A stretch of 61,550 bases of DNA, the filler included, from an uncultured bacterium (lineage in GTDB: Bacteria; Auribacterota; CAZIXI01), in NCBI GenBank assembly GCA_964543115.1. It is 5 parts of 5 records of this genome, joined end to end, with 100 filler letters (N's around TTAATTAATTAA, not from the genome) between each part and the next. Parts side by side here need not be neighbours in the genome. Positions count along the whole stretch, not along the records: positions 49,409 to 61,550 come from CAZIXI010000087.1; 4 more parts are not named here. One strand, written 5' to 3'. This document shows, one piece after another, positions 59,801 to 61,550 of the stretch (positions are counted from its first letter, which is position 1; every line of letters starts with the position of its first letter). The notes below the pieces were generated by a model. That model made no database searches, had not been told where the DNA came from, and saw nothing but the letters and a program-made list of their open reading frames with translations. Position numbers and translations under genes: made by a program.

Positions 59801-60297
59801 TGCAGGTAGAGCCGCAGGTCCTCGATTCCACGGATGGTGAAGCCGTAGTCTTTTCCTCTTTCTATAGCCAGGGCCTCAATGGCCGTTAGCCAGCCCAGCC
59901 GCAGATATTTATCGGCTACTTTTTTTCTTTGTTGGGCGTCAGCGGAGCTGCTGATTACGTTGGGGTCTACGGTTCCGGCGGCGCCTTCCAGGCCGATAAG
60001 TTCAATCTGGTAGTTTCTGTTCACAAGATCAAGTATTTTAGAAATATTTTTTTGCGCTTCATAATGGCAATGCGCATCTTTTATTAGTATGACTAGGGGC
60101 CTTTGATTTTGATAGTTATTAGAAGCAGGTTGTTTGATGTGACCGTAAGATTCTGGAATGAATAAATCTCCGATGGATCTTGTGTTTTTTTGAGCGGTTG
60201 ATGGAAATTCAGCGCCAAAGCCTGTGGTTAAACCTAGAATGCTTTGTAGTGAAAAAAATAATATTGTTAGGTAATAGACAAAATTATATTTCTTCAT
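53812..60297 (-). CDS. Giant exported multidomain protein (~2160 aa): Tiki/TraB/ChaN-like N-domain, coiled coil, GT2 glycosyltransferase, HExxH module
   Basis: Probable start ATG 60297 (MKKYNFVYYLTILFFSLQSILG.. signal-like). IKDAHCHYEAQ..GLEGA..LIVGGFH..ITP (~58820-60150); heptad region (~57700-58060); IVVPSFNR..ILNDS..GYGGIRN..HTDDD..RGEDL (GT-A fold, ~56690-57580); AIIHEALH (55330-55344). Confidence 0.85.
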   Translation of the reverse strand: MKKYNFVYYLTILFFSLQSILGLTTGFGAEFPSTAQKNTRSIGDLFIPESYGHIKQPASNNYQNQRPLVILIKDAHCHYEAQKNISKILDLVNRNYQIELIGLEGAAGTVDPNVISSSADAQQRKKVADKYLRLGWLTAIEALAIERGKDYGFTIRGIEDLRLYLQNLISFRDVYRDNTQADKFLEKSTEIIIPLKKLLYPKNVLIFDDNVTNYKNNNLPFSAFIEYLSGSYSSYIPKYRNVSLALKAILLEKTTDFNKLEKERALLIEKCEETLPADELKQLVKNSLEYKLDEISSLDYYKFLETLLPAFPASPSFTNLKNYIKILQFHSGIDPDGLFIDIDNLIEEIYTTILVEKDLLDLHNIDTAVFLLNKLKKLEISREELNQYDKSAFTPAKIAAFLGKQSKKHNLLPVPKIFNGQQILQTEDFYNRTRVFYHYALAREQSIVDKLISQLEANDTDRAALIVGGFHALGVEKLLTEKGLEVITITPTITKNDPSSRKAYLERMLDNTFSPDKLLNTLSLAHLAPDVITDSSWQSIRRGILELISDEMTGAATVAKLREADSLESARAVLDDNDIKFILDFLKEKDITSSDSRHRFFALLLDTTQAVAGSQERINQIDSVYDSLDIHHQLASRRSTIRNALIATALAHGFEKAADLQDIRITIVDTKEFPLAINDKTITISRSLLEGADDALFAKALEYGFNALLGEDNLIVLLDIYESLIASISQDPGQAILLASLEEKYRALLKRSLADYAGEINKLDQEITAGITQIRQLEAQENLMKIQKEIIILAKELAEIDAKLNSINRKIGIAKTEELLNERKRLLEARNQIKGKLGNAKHIRNKIIQQTLPSYRKLNYDPTEDKETPLTERETKIGRLQYLSQQYEELVQKARRQLPGFTDTRSDFMIVVPSFNRPQDLDNLLASIERELESFHYGKNRRIHIVILNDSHIYKQEHNDTYLDIYNTFAGKLAKWEGQVTVSYYDQKRQHGIIKNLREATEGEENGPVDLGYFVNETSAFHAKGYGGIRNMMQIIAAIETREQGLDENNLLVLHTDDDMKLSNPLRRTSQLKAETEGYAGFDEVHIYNFFGQTSRVFAEDEELHIFAGGVTIQDASIANQPDRAYIYYFDSVSNTSGGKAFWTEMDHKQLPGGNYTTRATLELRIIPFIPRHFRGEDLLLGRMTDARGYSAISQAHYQSELRDMEANLKNAFVGQILRLLVNQLFTRAEKQSDGWDSFLGLISNIVAIPDIAGFVSANIADEDIVERSLRLYSRLFDVSSFNTKLVKEIISYNKEKDILDLLEGTTNKDKALKMLQSTISGSSILELLSSAKNTEAKEYKEALALIAEYLSAWEDDLESAGIYDDTPGGLNHKHSIVGRLKGLLKSGRVPAWRILQGLESFMSTRVSLELDPSSSKLIKEYLSQWGDELSYAELSGNHIVRIRHELQEQLDSGASVAQIQATLTKITSAKMQYLRTVMMETYTKLQSVMTRLEGEIKHWQRWQEIIAGAELASGQPLDIRTLAPPLKQEQTPTLPASENIGKDLAFEIIGNSIVIRAPDGTVISEGLEAREPAAEEFDAARREKILETARGIQAGENAEFMRVLERMLAEGKIRLFTGDNSSRAAGAFGHMREGVLYLDEALLDNDMAIIHEALHAFLISMSAADLSAAIDALPAGTRDKIHQKAAPYAGTADHAAYLRHYYARYYLQNDQNGRYRGKANERLTYDIKLNCVAALLGMDVHELERILSKKGATKTTLEYRIKLLNLLKKDGRVTTSELQLITSNADKVGKVMALINIGVADKMQERMSRIQEILAMELAMKEIEEQKAPSLFQRIKDYLLALVELISHLAGKVNTAPGPYYLDRYGNGGQPVFDANNVIDSLETGENLDIEGLPQLMETLGRNHLLLEPGKAQQLLQALAGYQKAGELLDTAAPAARTAQWSEDVPLIVEAQHLVGEVKDNGDGTYSVAPLGSSAIGILRQAAEKGQLRILYNAANKGKDGQTEMEKEAVKMFLAAHGITAVSFASAYPADIIEESLYAVSMLTETTASGLQGLSAKHRIITGKSGESDLLLMSRMAVILGTHADLTAEKGILEDKFTQLYTAYYQGQLAGEKIDEYIAAAMQAIIAGKPFIIQLPEIVPFIKPYYNALQYTRELVAASA

Positions 60298-60340
60298 AAT
60301 GTTTATAATATATAAATTAGACTTCTTCAATGATAATACA

Positions 60341-60357
60341 AGCAAAATACATGCCAA
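60341..60357 (-). promoter_or_regulatory. Sigma54 promoter
   Basis: TTGGCATGTATTTTGCT (GG-N10-GC), 44 nt upstream of ATG 60297. Confidence 0.7.
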
Positions 60358-60472
60358 TCTCTAAGCGCCTTAACGAAAGAGGGATAGCAATTAAAATGTA
60401 TGTATTTGCTACATATGTGATGCTTCGTTTTGATACATCTTGATTTCAGAATTAATGCCTGTATTTGCTCAT

Positions 60473-60512
60473 AAAACAAAAAAGCCGAGTAGCCATATTA
60501 CGGCAACTCGGC
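60473..60512 (-). terminator. Intrinsic terminator overlapping the riboswitch 3' strand (expression platform)
   Basis: GCCGAGTTGCC-GTAATAT-GGCTACTCGGC followed by TTTTTTGTTTT on the minus strand. Confidence 0.85.
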
Positions 60513-60612
60513 AGTCCCAATTTGTGTTGGGATCCGTAGCTTTGCGATCCCCCAATTATTACATGTTTAGGGGCACTAACATTACTGTTAGGTAGCCTTT
60601 GCGAAATATTTT
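60499..60612 (-). ncRNA. c-di-GMP-I (GEMM-I)-like riboswitch aptamer, atypical
   Basis: Minus strand: ..TTTC-GCAAA-GGCTACCTAACA-GTAA-TGTTAGTGCCCCTAAACATGTAATAATTGGGG-GATC-GCAAAGCTACGGATCCCAA-CACAAA-TTGGGACTGCCGAGTTGCCG. It has both GCAAA motifs and the GCAAAGCTACGG..GCCGAGTTGCCG P3/P1 signature of GEMM-I. Confidence 0.7.
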
Positions 60613-60648
60613 CTTAATGTTGATTAATGCTTTGTAAAAATATTAAGT

Positions 60649-61548
60649 TTATACTGAACTAGCTGTCTCCCTCTCTCCAGGTAATTCAGCGGAGATGACT
60701 GCTGTCTGAGAAATTACTTTGTCCAGCCATTGTTTCCAAAAGAATAATGAATTATCCATTTCACGGAGTGTGGCGATCCAGACAGTCAATGTCTCTTCTA
60801 TCCACTTACTAAGGAATTTACCTTTATGGCTGACGATAGCATCCAGGGCCAGGTATAATTCAGTCATTAATGCAGGATCATCAGCCTCGTTGCTACTGAT
60901 TAAAGATTGCAGCCAGTTTCTGGTTTGTAATAATTTATTTTCAGGTTTGTCAGTTGTGCTTAGAGTTTGTAATTCCAGGGACCATTGATCAAGATAAGTA
61001 TTCACTTGCTCTATCATAATTGCTGGAGTTAATTTGGGTTTTTCGGTCATCCTGGCCCTTTGCCTTGTGAGAGATATTGCCCTTAGTGATAGTTTTAATT
61101 CTTGAGCATAGCAGAGAAGTTCTTTGTTTGTTCTGTCAGAGATAGCTTTTGGAGAAAACGCCTCAGCTAGAGTAGTCAAGGTGCGAGCTAGTCTCGGATC
61201 TGCCAAGATCTCTGCAGATAGAAGCTCGATATCCGCTTCGGTATATAGCTTGCTGGTCTCCAGTACGTGTTGCAGATTGTCCCAACCCTGTTTTCGTTGT
61301 GTTTCTCCTTTCTTTGCCTTATCTTCCAGGAAGTACGGGGCGAGAATGTCGAGGAACGCGAGGAGAACATCCAATCTGAATCTATCGGAAATATCAGCAC
61401 CTAAATCTCTGTTTGCTGATTGAAGGTGAGCAAGTGCAAGCCCATGTTCAAGATCGATTGGTGTTAATAAAGGTAGAATGCGGGCAATACCTCGACAATT
61501 TACCGCCGGCAATGGGGCGGCGCTGATTTCAAATGCCGGTGTGCAAAG
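60649..61548 (-). CDS. C-terminal part of an alpha-helical hypothetical protein, 5'-truncated by the window edge
   Basis: The frame is open upstream of TTG 61512 to the window end; ends ..ETASSV*. Confidence 0.75.
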   Translation of the reverse strand, partial: LCTPAFEISAAPLPAVNCRGIARILPLLTPIDLEHGLALAHLQSANRDLGADISDRFRLDVLLAFLDILAPYFLEDKAKKGETQRKQGWDNLQHVLETSKLYTEADIELLSAEILADPRLARTLTTLAEAFSPKAISDRTNKELLCYAQELKLSLRAISLTRQRARMTEKPKLTPAIMIEQVNTYLDQWSLELQTLSTTDKPENKLLQTRNWLQSLISSNEADDPALMTELYLALDAIVSHKGKFLSKWIEETLTVWIATLREMDNSLFFWKQWLDKVISQTAVISAELPGERETASSV

Positions 61549-61550
61549 GT

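Noticed and set aside
26195..60357. Extended starts given by the ORF track (26195, 28718, 25718, 53239, 60357, 18730)
   Set aside because: Downstream ATG/GTG codons fit promoters, RBSs or signal peptides better; two of the extensions overlap predicted promoter elements.
483..61423. Numerous 60-170 aa ORFs antisense to or overlapping the long genes
   Set aside because: They are shadow frames with no RBS or motif support, fully contained in better-supported CDSs.

Overview
The window is not one continuous locus. It is five unrelated contigs (1-12272, 12373-24623, 24724-36968, 37069-49308, 49409-61550) of steadily decreasing length (12272, 12251, 12245, 12240, >=12142 nt), joined by an artificial 100-nt spacer (44 N + TTAATTAATTAA + 44 N), so no gene linkage can be read across the gaps. 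The content points to a diderm bacterium, most likely Ca. Omnitrophota or a relative (inference only, from giant multidomain exported proteins, minor pilins and sigma54 signals). Contig A holds two consecutive giant genes: a >3250-aa membrane-anchored protein (kinase-like, ~8 TM, DHH-like, HE-motif modules) and a >826-aa exported calcineurin-like phosphoesterase missing from the ORF track. Contig B holds a DUF11/SdrD-B/beta-barrel outer-membrane protein followed by a diverged orphan copy of its own C-terminus, then envelope genes (SLT, GHL10, LPP20/FlgP-like, FlgT-like, two unlisted mini-lipoproteins). Contig C holds minor pilins under a sigma54 promoter divergent from an NtrC-type activator, a FecR-domain protein, a SdpI-like/solute-binding/legumain (C13) triple fusion, a small Cys-rich membrane gene frameshifted at a G7 tract, a CHASE2/degenerate-GGDEF/histidine kinase, an AAA_14 ATPase and a truncated UPF1-like helicase. 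Contig D is a single >4079-aa ORF fragment of alternating HEAT-like solenoids and a conserved ~220-aa HExxE module (at least 6 copies). Contig E holds tandem BNR-propeller surface proteins and a ~2160-aa exported Tiki/TraB-like + GT2 + HExxH protein, preceded by an atypical c-di-GMP-I-like riboswitch with an overlapping terminator. No rRNA, tRNA, CRISPR array or intact mobile element was seen. All domain calls come from motif recognition by eye, not database searches.
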